64,000 nt of DNA, taken from NCBI RefSeq assembly GCF_009914755.1, contig NC_060947.1. The stretch is one strand, 5' to 3'. This stretch comes from the human T2T-CHM13v2.0 reference genome, Homo sapiens. The notes under the pieces were generated by a model. That model was not told the origin of the DNA, did not search any database, and saw nothing but the letters and a program-made list of their open reading frames with translations. The position numbers and the translations under genes are program-made. Below, piece by piece: positions 39,893 through 54,640 of the stretch; positions within the stretch are counted from its first letter, which is position 1; every line of letters begins with the position of its first letter.

Positions 39893-42800
39893 TATACACT
39901 ATGACCAAATAGGATTTATCCCACAAATGTAAGGTTGGTTCAACATGTGAAAATCAATTTATATAATACACCATATTAACAGAATGCATGGCGGAGCGGG
40001 GGCGGGGGAGGGGGCTCATGGTCATCTTAATCATGTACAAAAAGGATCATTTGACAAAACGCAGTACCCTTTCATGAAAATAAATTCAACAAACCAGGAA
40101 CAGAAAGAAACTTCTTCAACCTGATAGAGGGCATCCATGAAAAACCCAGAGATAATATCATACTTAATGGTGAAAGACTGGTTGATTTCCCCCTAAGATC
40201 AGGAATGCCACTTGTAACTCAACATCGTACTCAAAGTTCTAGTCAGGGCAATTAGTCAAGAAAAAGAAATAAAAGGCATCCAGATCGGAAAGGAACAAGT
40301 AAAACCATCTCTATTCATAGATGCATAGATGGCATGTTCTTATATAGAGGACACTAAAGAGTCCAACAAAAGAAAAAAAAAAAAAACTGAGACGGTTTGG
40401 CTCTGTGTCCCCACCCAAATCTCATGTCGAATTGTAATCCCCACCTGTTGAAGGAAGGGCCTAGTGGGAGGTGATTGAATCATGGGGGCGGACTTCCCCC
40501 TTGCTATTCTTCTGATAGAGCGCTCACAAGATCTGATGATTGTTTGAAAATGTGCAGCGCTTCCCCCTTTGCGTGCGTTCTCTCTCTCTTCCTCCTGCTC
40601 CAACATGTGAAGAAGGTGCTTGCTTCCCCTTCGCCTTCCGCCATGATTGCACGTTTCCTGAGGCCTGCCCAGAAGCAGAAGCCTTGTACAGCCTGCAGAA
40701 CCATGAGGCAATTAAACCTCTTTTCTTTAGGAATTACCCATTCTCAGGCAGTTCTTTATAGCAGTGTAGGAACGGACTAATATGCCAACCCTGTCTGAGT
40801 ATGCTCAGCAAAGCATATTCGGCTCAGCAAAGTTGCAGTATCCAAGATCAATCTGCAACAGTCGGTTGTATTTCTACACCCTAGCAATGAATAACATGAA
40901 AATAAGATTAAGGAAATGATTCATTTTACAGTAGCATCGAAACAATAAAATGTCGAGGAATAAATTTAACTAAAGGTGTACAAGATGTATACTCTGAAAA
41001 TTTCAAGACGTTGCTAAAATAAATTAAAGAAGACCTAAATAAATCGAAAGGCATTTTGTGTTAACGGATTGGGACACTTAATATTGTTAAGATGCCCATA
41101 ATCTCCAAGGCAATATACAGATTCATCGTGATGCCTGTCAGAATCCAACCTGCCTTCTTTGTAAAAACTGACAAGCTGATCCTAAAATTCATAAGAAAAT
41201 GTAAGGGGCTCAGATAGCCAAAACAATCTCAGAAAAGAAAAAAGTTGAAGGACTCACACTTCCCAGTTTCAAAACGTACTACAAAACCGCAGTAATCCGA
41301 AAAGGGTGGTACTGCCATCGTGATCGATACATTAGGTCAATGTTACAGAACTCAGAGTCAGGAATAAACCCATATATTTATGTAAAGTTTATTTTCAGTA
41401 AGAGTTCCGGCACCCCTCAATGGGTGGAGGGGAAGAATAATCCCCTCAACAAACTGCGCTGGGACAACTGGATAGCCACATGCAAAAGAAGGCCCCTGGA
41501 CCCCTACCTCACATCATGTAAAGAATTAATTCAAAATGGATCACAGATCTAAATGTAAGGGCTGAAACTATAAAACTCTAAGAAGAAAACGGAGATGTAA
41601 CTTTGCACGACCTTGGATTAGGCAACAGCTCCTTCAGTATGACACCAAAGGCAAAGCCACAGATATCTTTTCATTTGGCAAGTTGGACTACATCCAAATG
41701 TAAATCTTTTGGGCAACAAAGGGCTCTATCCAGAAAGTGAATGGGAGAAACATTTGCAAGTCACATATCTGATAAGAGTCTATTTTCCAGAATATATGAA
41801 TAAGTTTTAGAAGCCCACAGCCAAAATACAATCAACCGAATTAAAAAATGGGCAAAGGGCTTGAATAGACATTCCTCCAAAGCAGAGGTACAGAGGGCCA
41901 AGAAGCACATGAAAAGATGTCTTAGTCTGTTTTCTGTTGCCATAATTGAATACCCGACACTGAACAATTTATAAAGAAAAGAAATTTATTTCTTACCGTT
42001 CTGGGGACTGGGAAGTGACCCGGCATCTGGGGACGGCAGAGGGTATCACACGGCGAGAGGGCAAGAGCGTGTATGTCGTTTCAGGCCTCTCTTCCTATTC
42101 TTATAAAGCCACCAGTCGCATCCTGGGGGTCTCACCCCGATGACCTTATCTAATCCTAATTACCGTCTCAGAGGCTGCGCCTCCAATCAACATGTGAATT
42201 TGGGGATTAAGTTTCCAAGACACACAATTTGGGGGATGCACTCAAACCACAGCAACATCATTAGCCATTTGGGAAATACGAATGAAAACCACCATGAGAT
42301 AGCACTTGACACCCAGTAGGATGGCTACTGTAAACAAAACAAAATGAGGCAAACAGAAAACAGGTTTTGATGAGGCTGTGAAGAAATTGGGACTCTCATG
42401 CACTACTGTTGGGAATGCGAAAGATTACAGCTGCTGTGGAAATCAGTTTGGTGGTTCCTCAATAAGTTAAACAGAATTACCACACGAGCCAGCAGTTTGA
42501 CTGCTAGAAATAGACCCAAAAGAACTGAAAAGAGATATTCAAAGAAAAACCTGTAGAGAGATGGTCATGGCAGTGCCACTCACAATAGCCAGAAGGGGGA
42601 AATAACCTGTCCATCAACTGACGAGTGGGTAAACAAAATGTGGCCTCCTATTCATACAACAGAATCGTACTCAGTCATTCAAAGGAAGGAAGTAGTGATT
42701 CATGCCTCTACATGGATGCACCCTGATGAAACCATTACGCTAAGTGAAAGCAGCCAGACACACACGGCCTCACATTTGGTCGTATAATTCCATCTATAGG

Positions 42801-43055
42801 AAATCTCCAGAACAGGCTAACCTCTATGGACAGAAAGCAGATGGACTAGGGGTTGCCAGGGACTATCGGGAACGTGTGTATGGGCGGGGGCAGGGGGTGT
42901 GTGTGGGAGGGTGTGGGGGCTGGTAGTGGTGGTGTGGAAGGAGGCGTGCGGCAAGTGACTGCTTATAGGTACAGGGGTTTCGGTTTCTTTTCGGGGTGTT
43001 GAAAACGTTTTGGAACTAGGTGGTCGTGATGGATGTGCAACATTGTGAAGGCGTG
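39893..43055 (+). mobile_element. L1MB-like ORF2/3' fragment inside int22h, with MST LTRs at 40388-40785 (+) and 41918-42254 (-)
   Basis: L1 RT and C-terminal text; the 3' UTR ends just upstream of the H2AB1 promoter. Confidence 0.75.
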
Positions 43056-43149
43056 GTACCCGTCCTCCCCTCGCCCACCCCTTTGTCTTTCCCACGGTGT
43101 TCCCATCCAGTAGAAAGGGAAAGTTCCCACTGGCAAAGAGAGGGTCACC

Positions 43150-43450
43150 AGCGCGATTCCCCCTGCCCCGCCCCACCCCACCCCCACGGCCCTCCAGCCA
43201 CTTCTAGGCCCAGGCCTGCTCCCTCGAGGCCAATGGGAAAGTGATGAGGTCACCTGACGGACGTGTGTCCCTTGTGAGGGGCCGTCACCACATGCGTGCC
43301 CGTCGCCGGATGTGCGTGCCCATTGGTCTCGGCTCCCTAGCCAATGAGGGGCTGGGCCCTGGTCGCTAGGATACACAGTACTGGACGCGGTAACTGTCCT
43401 CTTGAGAGCCATCTTGCCTAGCTGGGCCAAGCCGAGATAGCACACTCAAC
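43150..43450 (+). promoter_or_regulatory. H2AB1 proximal promoter
   Basis: GC box (~43167), CCAAT at 43230 and 43341, ATTGG at 43322, CRE-like TGAGGTCA at 43245, TGACG at 43255, CGTCA at 43283; CpG-rich. Confidence 0.65.
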
Positions 43451-43457
43451 GCCCAGC

Positions 43458-43805
43458 ATGCCGAGGAGGAGGAGACGCCGAGGGTCCTCCGGTGCTGGCG
43501 GCCGGGGGCGGACCTGCTCTCGCACCGTCCGAGCGGAGCTTTCGTTTTCAGTGAGCCAGGTGGAGCGCAGTCTACGGGAGGGCCACTACGCTCAGCGCCT
43601 GAGTCGCACGGCGCCGGTCTACCTCGCTGCGGTTATTGAGTACCTGACGGCCAAGGTCCCGGAGCTGGCGGGCAACGAGGCCCAGAACAGCGGAGAGCGG
43701 AACATCACTCCCCTGCTGCTGGACATGGTGGTTCACAACGACAGGCTACTGAGCACCCTTTTCAACACGACCACCATCTCTCAAGTGGCCCCTGGCGAGG
43801 ACTAG
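43458..43805 (+). CDS. H2AB1: Short histone variant H2A.B (H2A.Bbd) type 1, intronless, 115 aa
   Basis: MPRRRRRRGSS N-terminal arginine run, histone-fold motif APVYLAAVIEYLTA, truncated C-terminus; located in F8 intron 22. Confidence 0.97.
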   Translation: MPRRRRRRGSSGAGGRGRTCSRTVRAELSFSVSQVERSLREGHYAQRLSRTAPVYLAAVIEYLTAKVPELAGNEAQNSGERNITPLLLDMVVHNDRLLSTLFNTTTISQVAPGED

Positions 43806-43947
43806 CTTCTGACACCCGGCCCCTGGGACCTGACAGGTCCACTCGTCCACCCACCCGGCCCCAAATCCCCCGGCCTGAACCCCCGGCCTTAAACACCCTC
43901 CCCCCACAACCCAGGCCCCAAAGTCTTGGGCCTTCATTAATTCTGTC

Positions 43948-43953
43948 AATAAA
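43948..43953 (+). terminator. H2AB1 polyadenylation signal AATAAA
   Basis: AATAAA 143 bp after the stop codon. No histone stem-loop is seen, consistent with a replication-independent variant. Confidence 0.85.
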
Positions 43954-44509
43954 ATGTTTCAAGGAAGCCATCTGCCCGCTTCAGTCACTTTGCCTTGGGG
44001 TGGGGGTGGGGGGGCGGTGAGATGGGTTGGGGGGTTGTGAGACCTCCACAGCTGGAGGGATGGAGAGGTGGTGGGGGTCTGGGGTTGGGTGGGAGCCAGG
44101 GATGGCACAGAGGAGCAGTCTCTCCGGGTGACAGTGCAGGGGAGTGGCCCTGGGTGGGAAGGGGACACCCCCGCTGGTTCTGAGCAAGTCAGGGCCTGCC
44201 CGGGAAAGTCCTCAGCATGATGGTGTTCGTTGGGGCGGGTGGGCCTCAAGACCATGACTGCAGTGTTGCGACAGGACGGACTTCTAAGGCAACCGGGGTG
44301 GGGACGGAGAGGTGGACCCGGTGCTTGGCAAGGGGCCCTGGACCGGAAGACGGAGGACTGAGTAGTCGGGGCGGGGGGGGGGGGGGACAACAGTCTAGAA
44401 ATGCGCAGACATGGAATTAGGGTCACGAGTTTCGTTTGGGTCATGTTCAGATGGAGAGGCTGTGGGATGCCTTTAGCAACCTAGACCACTTGCATTGCAG
44501 CCGAGCTAG

Positions 44510-45898
<1,389 letters not shown>

Positions 45899-46783
45899 TC
45901 CATCCCATTCACCCAGTGACTTCTTTTTGCCCAGGCCTGGACTTTTTGCATCAGTCACGTTAACCAGATGACTTTGCCTGTTACCAAACCTCATGCATCC
46001 ACGTTTGCGTCTGGGGAGGAATAAAAAGACATCGTTCCCGCTTCTGCGTTTTGTTATTCCTACTGCCGCCATAGGAATTATTTCGTTGGCTGAACGTTAC
46101 CAGCACCCCGAGAACACATTTTGATAGAATCAGAGTAGAGGACATGGCTGTCTTCTAAAAAGCCACGACATGAAAATGACAATCCCTTTCGTCTCCTTCC
46201 TCCGCTGCTTCCACCTAACGCAGCCTCCTGCCTCCGCCTTTGTTTCATAGTGAGGATTTTATTTTGCACGGCGCCCTCCCTCTAAATACCTACCCTAGAT
46301 GATTTCATCCTGCCCCTCACTTCTTAACATATTCCTGTGTCTTTGTAATGGCCAAATTTCTCCTTCCACTCGTCCGCACGGTACGTCTTCATGGGAGTCA
46401 TTTTATTCCTTACAGCTTCCTTGTAACCACAGCCCTAAATCCATGATAAAGCTACTCTTGTACTCCTCATGTGTGGTTTTGGTGTCCGTCGTCTATAAAA
46501 TGTGACTCTCTTACCTACTTGTCAGGAGGCCAGCAGCAGAACCAGATAGCTGTTTGGGCTCCAGGATGTATTCGTTCCTTTGAAATTTGCGCTATGCCTC
46601 CTATGTGGGCAACGAACCTGCAGAGATCATCTATGATGTGCTCCGTACTCGGGTGACTGCAATGCAGATACATCCAGTGCAGCGGGTCTGGTGCCGATGC
46701 ATCGATTTGCATTGGAATTCACGGTTCTGGTTCCATTCGCAGAGGTATATGCAGTCTGGATCACAACAGCTTTTATTTGTAAT

Positions 46784-46788
<5 letters not shown>

Positions 46789-46814
<26 letters not shown>

Positions 46815-47102
46815 CCCCCCGAGATGGAGTCTCACTCTGTCGCCCAGGCAGGAGCGCAGTGGCGTGATCTCGGCTCACTGCAACCTCCGCCTCCTGGGTT
46901 CAAGCGATTCTCCTACCTCAACCTCCAGGGTGCCTGGGATTACAGGCGTGCACCACCACGCTGGGCTAATTTTTGTATTTTTAATAGAGATGGGGTCTCA
47001 CCATGTTGGCCAAGCTGGTCTCCAACTCCTGACCTCAAATGATCCACCCTCCTCGGCCTCCCAAAGTGCTGGGATTACAGGCATGAGCCACCACGCCTGG
47101 CC
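46789..47102 (-). mobile_element. AluS inside int22h
   Basis: TSD TGTAATAGGGATTTT. Confidence 0.9.
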
Positions 47103-48494
47103 TGTAATAGGGATTTTGCTGCAACTTTTAGTTAAGTAGGTGAAATCAGAGTGCGTGGCCCTTTGGTGTTGTGCGATCACGTGACTGCAAGGCAGCCTCC
47201 GTGTTCCCCCAAAGCAGGATGGCGTTCCGTTTGAGAACACTTAAGTTTCCAAGGCTTTCTGGCTCAAATGGAGCATGCCCCCCAACTACGCTGTTTTCTT
47301 ATTTATTGCGTCTTTTTAATCCTTTTGATGGTGACAACAAGAACTCTTCAGAATATAGCCTCTTTCTCAAACTTTCAACCCTGGGGAAATGCATCCTTTG
47401 GGCCGAAGTTGCACACAATCCTGATCTTCGGGGCTGAGATGTAAGGACACAGTTTGGAGTAGGTGTTTTTGTTTTGCGTCTTTTTGCAGGGGAGAGGTGT
47501 GGAGGGTTGTCACTGTGAGTTGAGTGCCTCCAAATGGGTGGGACTTGTAGGGTGTTCTTTTCTGCTTCTATTTCTATTTCGACAGTGTGGAAGTAATGGG
47601 AAGCACAGGAGAGGCCCATTCCACCATCATTCCTCTTTCTCTCACTTGGCTGCCAGGAAGGGTCCTACGGAGCCCTGAACGCCTAGCCCAAATTATTGTA
47701 AAAGCGGTTGAAGGGCTCATGCTCCTTTGCTCTTTGGCTCTTTCCTGGTATGCTCCTCTTAACCCGGGCTGCAGACCTGGCCGGCTGGCTTCTTGTCAGG
47801 TTCAGGAGTTACGGAGCATGACTGGTGACCAGTTTGGGATTTGGGCTTCAGGAGAAGCCTCCTTAGGCCTCTGGTCCAAACTCCTTGCGTCAGGGAGGTG
47901 AGGGGAAGGATAACCAGACGGTCAGGTAGTGGGTATCTGAGCATAATTCTAGGAAACACTAAAACTCCTCGTTTTCCATTTGCCGTGGGCTCATTCATGT
48001 ATCTCCCTCAGAAGCTTAAGAGCAGTGATAACTGGGCCGAGGCCAGATTTCAGCAGTTTTGAGAATTCCCTCGTAATGTATCACATCAGTATCAAAAGTC
48101 AACACTGATTTCTAGCATGCCAAAAGCAAATACTTTCAGAGGACATGATTAGTTTGCTTTTTAACTTGAAAACAATTCCAAATTCACACTTAAAACAGTG
48201 TAAACCGTCGGAAATGGTGGCAGCGAAGCAGTGAACCCTTAAAGGCTGTTGGGGTTCCCCTTCTCCCCATTGTGAGGTATTCCCAAAAGGATAAATGTTG
48301 CTTATGAAAGAATATTTTATACGTGAATAGTACAAAGACAAAGACGTTTGAGAACCGCTACGCCGGAGGAAGGTGGTCAAGACTGAAATTAGCGTGTTAG
48401 GCAAGATCTGGTTCCTAGGTGCTGAGGATTCTGGTGCCAAGGATTAATGTTAACCGTGCAGGCATCTCTACCACCGTTAGAGGAGACCAGCAGC

Positions 48495-48695
48495 CCACAG
48501 ACTCTTTCTGTCAAGGGCGGGATAGAAATGTGTTAGTCTTTACAGACCACAGGTGGTCTCTGTTGCACAGTCTTCTTTGTTTCTTTGTATGTTTGTCTTT
48601 GCAATCCTTTCAACGTGTAAAAACTATTCTTAACTCACAGTCCGTACAAAAGCAGGCTATGGGCCAAATTCTGGGGCTATAGTTTGCCCACCCCT
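48495..48695. mobile_element. MER58-like hAT MITE (a second copy at ~59122-59430)
   Basis: CTTTCTGT(C/A)AAGGGC...ATAGTTTGCC...CCCCTG motifs. Confidence 0.6.
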
Positions 48696-51154
48696 GAATT
48701 AGAACCCAGGACATAGTAGTTGCTCAGTGACTGTTCAAGGAATGAACCTCATGAGAGTAGTTAATAACTGTAAGTAATTTATCCTTATCGTTAAAATACA
48801 AAGATTGAAGAATAAGTGAACTAAGCATTCACCTCCAGATTGTAGGAAACAAACCAAAAGAAAGGAAAATAGAATTTTTAAAGTTTTGAACAGAGATTGA
48901 TGAACTAGAAACAGCTCTTTCAAAACCACGTTTGGGTTTAAAACTGAGCTGATTCTTTGAAAAATTAATAGAATAGACAAACACTTGCCAACTCTTGATA
49001 CAGAAGGGAAAAAAGGAGAAAAGACATATGTGTGTATACAGATATAGATGTATGGCACAGGAAGGGATATATGACTCTAATGTGCACATTTGCAGACATT
49101 AACTCAAGGCAACACAAATGAGAATAGCAATAATCATATAACGATTGGAAAATATAGCCTAGTATCTCTCACTAAATAAAGCACATGGCTCATATGGCTT
49201 TTTCATTTACTCTCATTAAATACTGGATTCCTACATTAAATAAGCTATTCTAGAGCAATAGTCTTCATGGAAAAAAATGGAAGCTTTCCCACTTTATTTT
49301 CAAGTTTAATATAACCCTCATGCCAAAACCTGGTAAGTAGAGCTACTGAAAAAGCTAAACCCATTTCATTCATGAATATAGATATAGAAATTATAAATGA
49401 AATGTTGGCAAATTGGATCCAGCTAAGTTTTAAATAACTAACACACTATGACTGACGAAAGTTTTCCCAGAAATGGAGCACAGTAGTGCTCTTGCACTGG
49501 TCTGTGAGAGCCAATTGTAAGTAAGCATCTCTTCCCATCCCTGGGGCCAGGCATGATGGGAGTAGTATTTATGTCAGGGAAATCTGCCAATGCTATAAAT
49601 CAAGGCCTTTACTTCTTAACCTCTTCTCACTTTGCTCCCCTGTGGGTTGTTAATTTCTTGTCAGCACACTATTGAATGTTAAGTATAATTTGACAACACA
49701 AAAGAGAAATGTGACCATGTCAAAGATGCTGGAAAAGCATTTGATAAAATTCAGTTGCCATTGCAAATAAAATAGGGATAGGAGAAAACTTTTTAAACAT
49801 CATAAAAAGTATTTGAAACTAACAGTGAACATTATATTAAACAGTGAAACACAGGTTACATTCTCATTAAAGTCAAGAGCAAGACAGGCTTATTTGTTAT
49901 GTGTTTACCAGATCCTGTCAGCATAATGTCATCAGTGTAATGGACAGGCATTGTGCTTGTGGGATGTAAAGATGTTTGAGGTCCCTTGAGTCTATATTAT
50001 GATAGAAAACAAGAGAGCTAACATTGCCCTGATGCATGGGCAGTAAACTTAATACTCTTGTTCCTACTTGGTAAATTCAAATGTATTCTGATTTTACTAA
50101 TGTATGGAAATGAAGAAAAAACATTCTCTAGGTCAATACTTCCATATCAGGTGCCTGGGGCTGTGTAAATTTGCTTCAACAGAGATATGATATCTGGAAT
50201 TGCAATTGTTTTTTGGCATCACCACCTGATTAAATTTGTGATCTGCTGTCATTTTCTGTGACTCGCCTGGCTTTCGTAGTGTCCAAACAGGGTCTCTAAG
50301 GAGAATAGTCACTGGTTTGTGAGGCACCTATCTCAGTTATAGCCACTGAAAGGCTTTTACACAAAAGAGGGATGACTGCTTCAGAGACTGGGGAGTGGTT
50401 GCCTCCTCAGGCAAAGGAGGTTCAGGGGAATTTGGAGGTTTGCAATTCTCAGCCTCATCCATGTCTGCCTAAATGCCTCCATCTCAGGCCTCAGAGTTTC
50501 ACTCCTTCCCACCGGTACTCTTACCACAGCATAATAGATCTGGTGGAGTTAAGCATTTAATTGTCACTGCAGCTCTGCAACTTATGCTCAGCCCCTAAGT
50601 CGTATCTGCCTACAACCACAGGATACGGAGTATTCCTCAAAAGCTCTATGCATGCATCCTGATTTTCCATGTATGTTCATCAGTGTTCTTATTTTGTATA
50701 TATTCATAACATTTCATTTCTTTTTCCATGTGTATGCCCTCTAGGGCTGTAAGAAGACAGACCACTCTACAATCAGGTAATGCTACGTTTGTTGCCACAG
50801 TGACTAAATGCCACTGTCATTTAATCTCCCCAGTGTCTTACTTGCCATCTGCAACTCATCCCATAGTATCACTGGTGATAATCTGAGAAACTATAATACT
50901 AACACATGTCATGGATTCCCTAACTGCTCATTTTCTTCCTTGGCAAATATGTTATCTCTGTGTTTCTTGAATATATTAGCAACATAACCTTAGAATTGCA
51001 TTTTGAAAATCTGTTTCCTGGGGTTTCTTCTAGCACCAATTACTGTATGAAACAAGGGATCCAGCAAGGAACAGAAAACATGGAAATTAGGATAATTTGT
51101 GGAAGGTTTAATAAAGATACTAGTTAGGAGGGTGGGAACAGAGTATTACCATCC

Positions 51155-51796
51155 TGTAAACCCAAAATAAAATTCTAATCCCCCCTCCTTTCGGCAAAGG
51201 GCCTTCCAAAGTTAACCTGAAAAACGTTCAGGCCATGATGGGAAAGTGGGGATCAAATATGCCTTATTATACCCGCCTCCCTTTTGGAATTCAGAAAAAT
51301 CTGACCAGCATTAACATCAACACAGACCTTCAGACTGATAGAACAGACTCTTTAAGTCTGATAAGAAACATTTACAATCTATTCTCTCTGAAGCCTGCTA
51401 CCTGGAGGCTTCATCTGCATGACAGAACCTTGGTCTTCACAACCCCTTATCTTAACCCCGATGTTCCTCTCTATTGATTCTAAGTCTTTACACAATAACT
51501 TAACTCTTTCAACCAATTGCCAATCAGAAAATCTTTGAATCTACCTACGACCTGGAAGCCCCGCCTCGCTTCCAGTTGTCCTGCCTTTCCAAACTCAATG
51601 AATGTACATCTTCCATCTATTGATTTCGGTCTTATGTCTCCCTAAAATGCGTAAAACCAAGTTGTAGCCAGACCACCTTGAGCACATGTTCTCAGGATCT
51701 CCTGAGGGCTGTGTCACAGGCCATTGGTCTCTCATATTTGGCTCATAATAAATCTCTTCAAGTATTTTACAGGGTTTAACTTTTTGTTTGTTGACA
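51155..51796 (+). mobile_element. MER4-group (ERV1) solo LTR
   Basis: TG...CA ends, AATAAA, 4-bp TSD ATCC. Confidence 0.8.
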
Positions 51797-51988
51797 ATCC
51801 CTAAACCTGAAAGGATCAGAAGAGAGAAACATCCTGAAAGAGAGAATTGGATAGATTATTGTAGTGGCTTTAAAAAATGACCACCAATTATTTAACATTT
51901 CTCCCATTAAAAATTAGGGTCTATGTCTCTTCCCCTTGAATCTGGGTGGATATGCGATTTGCTTATAACCAATAGAATGTATTGAAAG

Positions 51989-52738
51989 TGAGGACTAAAC
52001 TCTGATTTTTTTTTATCTTGCCCAAATTCCTATCTAAGGGGTCTGGGGAGTCATGCCCTACAAATCATAAATTCTCATCAGATGGGTTTTATTTAACCTT
52101 ATATGTCATGATTTACTTTCCAACCTTACTCTGGCATAACATTATGAGACAAGGAAGAAAATCAAAATATTTTACCCCAAAACATGTTTTTTTGCCATAT
52201 TTTGAAATGGCCCTGCAAAGCTGTTCTTTGTGGAGGGAAATTTGCAACTGTAAAGAATCTCTATTAACATAGCTAGATCTTTTTCTCCCAGCCCCTCCCA
52301 ATCCTAAAGAGATTAACTAAGATCTGAATACAAAACATTTGTCATCTATTGTCTCTAAGGGGAGCCACTATAAGACTTCAAAAGAACTTTGGTCTCCACA
52401 ATGTTTATCTTAACCTGAACATTCCCTTTCTATCAATCCCAGGTCTTCAGACAAACTCAACCAATTGTCAACCAGAAAATGTTTAAATTCACCTATAGCC
52501 CGGAAGCCCCCAGGTTGAGTTGTCCCGCCTTTCTGGACCAAATCAGTGTATTTCTTAAATGTATTTGATTGATGTCTCAAGCCTCTCTAAAATGTATAAA
52601 ACCAAGCTGTGCCCTGACCATCTTGGGCACATGTTCTCAGGACCTCCTGAGGGCTGTGTCATGGGCCATACTCACTCATATTTGGCTCAGAATAAATCTC
52701 TTCAAATATTTTATAGAGTTCAACACTTTTTGTCAACA
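51989..52738 (+). mobile_element. MER4A-like solo LTR inserted in an MLT1 LTR (~51860-53469)
   Basis: TGAGGACTAAACTCTG...TGTCAACA; 4-bp TSD AAAG. Confidence 0.8.
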
Positions 52739-52856
52739 AAAGTGATGCTACATAACTTAGAAGACTCGGTCAGAAAAGGTTATGTAGTCTTCACCTTGTT
52801 AACTGTAACACTCACACTTGGAGGCCCTAAAATGACGTGTAAGAAGTCCAACTACA

Positions 52857-53164
<308 letters not shown>

Positions 53165-54484
53165 CTACCTTGAAACATGCTGTAAGGAAGGCCAGGCCTC
53201 AGGGATAATCCATGTAAAGTTACATCAGTCAACAACCCCAGATTCTGTCCTAGCTGACAGTCAGTACCAACCACCAGAAAAGCAAGAGAAGGAACTTCCA
53301 GATGATTCCAGCACCCAGCTGTTAAATAATCCTAACTGAGGCTCCAGAAACCACCCATCCCCACTGTGTCCCAGTCTTGATCTACAGAATCTGTGAGCAA
53401 AACATAATGGTTATTGTTATGACAGCAAGTTTTGAAGTGGCTTGGTACACAGCAATAGTAGCTAGTACAGGTAGAAAAAGCCACTCTGAGGGAAACAGTG
53501 ACCTTAAGTGGGGAGATACAGTGAACTCCTCTGCAAGGAGAAAGTCAGAAGAATAAATATGCCAATCTTTTGCCAGTGCTCCCTGTTGGTGAAATCCAAC
53601 CAAAAGCTGGAGGACAAGGTAACCTGTTGATGTATTCTATACAAGCTCACCTCACAGAACAAGAAGCAGGGTAGAGAAGCAGGAAAATGGATCTAAAGGG
53701 GCAAACAAAAGTTATCTTGCTTGGGGTCATTTGAAGACTTTGAACTTTATTCTAAAGACAATGGGAAGACATTGAAAAGTTTTAGGCAGGCGACTGATGA
53801 TTATCCTGAAAATGATGTGCAGCTTTTATCGGAGAACAGATTAGAAACGGGGGAAGACTAGTTAGGAATGTAATACAATAGATCAAGTGTGAGGTGATGG
53901 GACCCTGGGCTGTGGCAACAGCGGTATAAATGGAAACAGAAGAAAGAGATGTGAGAGGCATTGCAAATAAAGGATTGACCAGATTTGTGGGCATAAAAAT
54001 GAGGGAAGAGTAGACAATAACGCTGAGGTTTTAAGCCTTTAAGGGTCTTGAGCTCACCTCTAGAGAATTCATCAATTCCCAAAGTTTCACCCATCCTTTT
54101 ATGTGGAAGTCATGAATCTTCATCTCCATCCATGGTTTTGCCCCCTAAACTTGTCTTTCACCTACTGCCTGCTGGACATTTCAACCTGATTGTCCTACTA
54201 TAACCTCAAACCTAGGATATCCATAAGCAAGCTCACAATCATCAATCCACACAGTCCTGAATCACATATTTCTATCAATACAGCATCTCTTCATTTCTAT
54301 CATCTATGAGCCTTGACACTACTACATTTTTGCTGATATGTCCGTAATAACTCTATTGCTCATAAGTGAAAAATTATTTTTTGGAATTAAGTTTGTGGAA
54401 GCTAAGAGTGTTTGTCCAATATCTGAAATCTGCCAAAATTCTTTAAAGTATTCAGGCATTCCCTTTAAATGACTAATTACATAC

Positions 54485-54640
54485 CATTAAGGTTCCAGTG
54501 GAATTTCCTCGATAAGTCTGCCACTTCTTCCCATCAAGACTATACATGATGATAAACTGAGAGATGTAGAGGCTGGAGAACTTCTGACGGGCACCCTGGG
54601 TCTTGATGCCGTGAATAATCATTGGTGCCAACAGATCCAC
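54485..54640 (-). CDS. F8: Factor VIII exon 22, 156 bp
   Basis: VDLLAPMIIHGIKTQGARQKFSSLYISQFIIMYSLDGKKWQTYRGNSTGTLM; boundaries ggtag|GT...ATG|gtatg. Confidence 0.98.

Noticed and set aside
51155-52738. Two similar MER4 LTRs as the ends of a deleted provirus
   Set aside because: Each has its own TSD (ATCC and AAAG), their 5' halves differ, and the second sits inside an MLT1 element. These are independent insertions.
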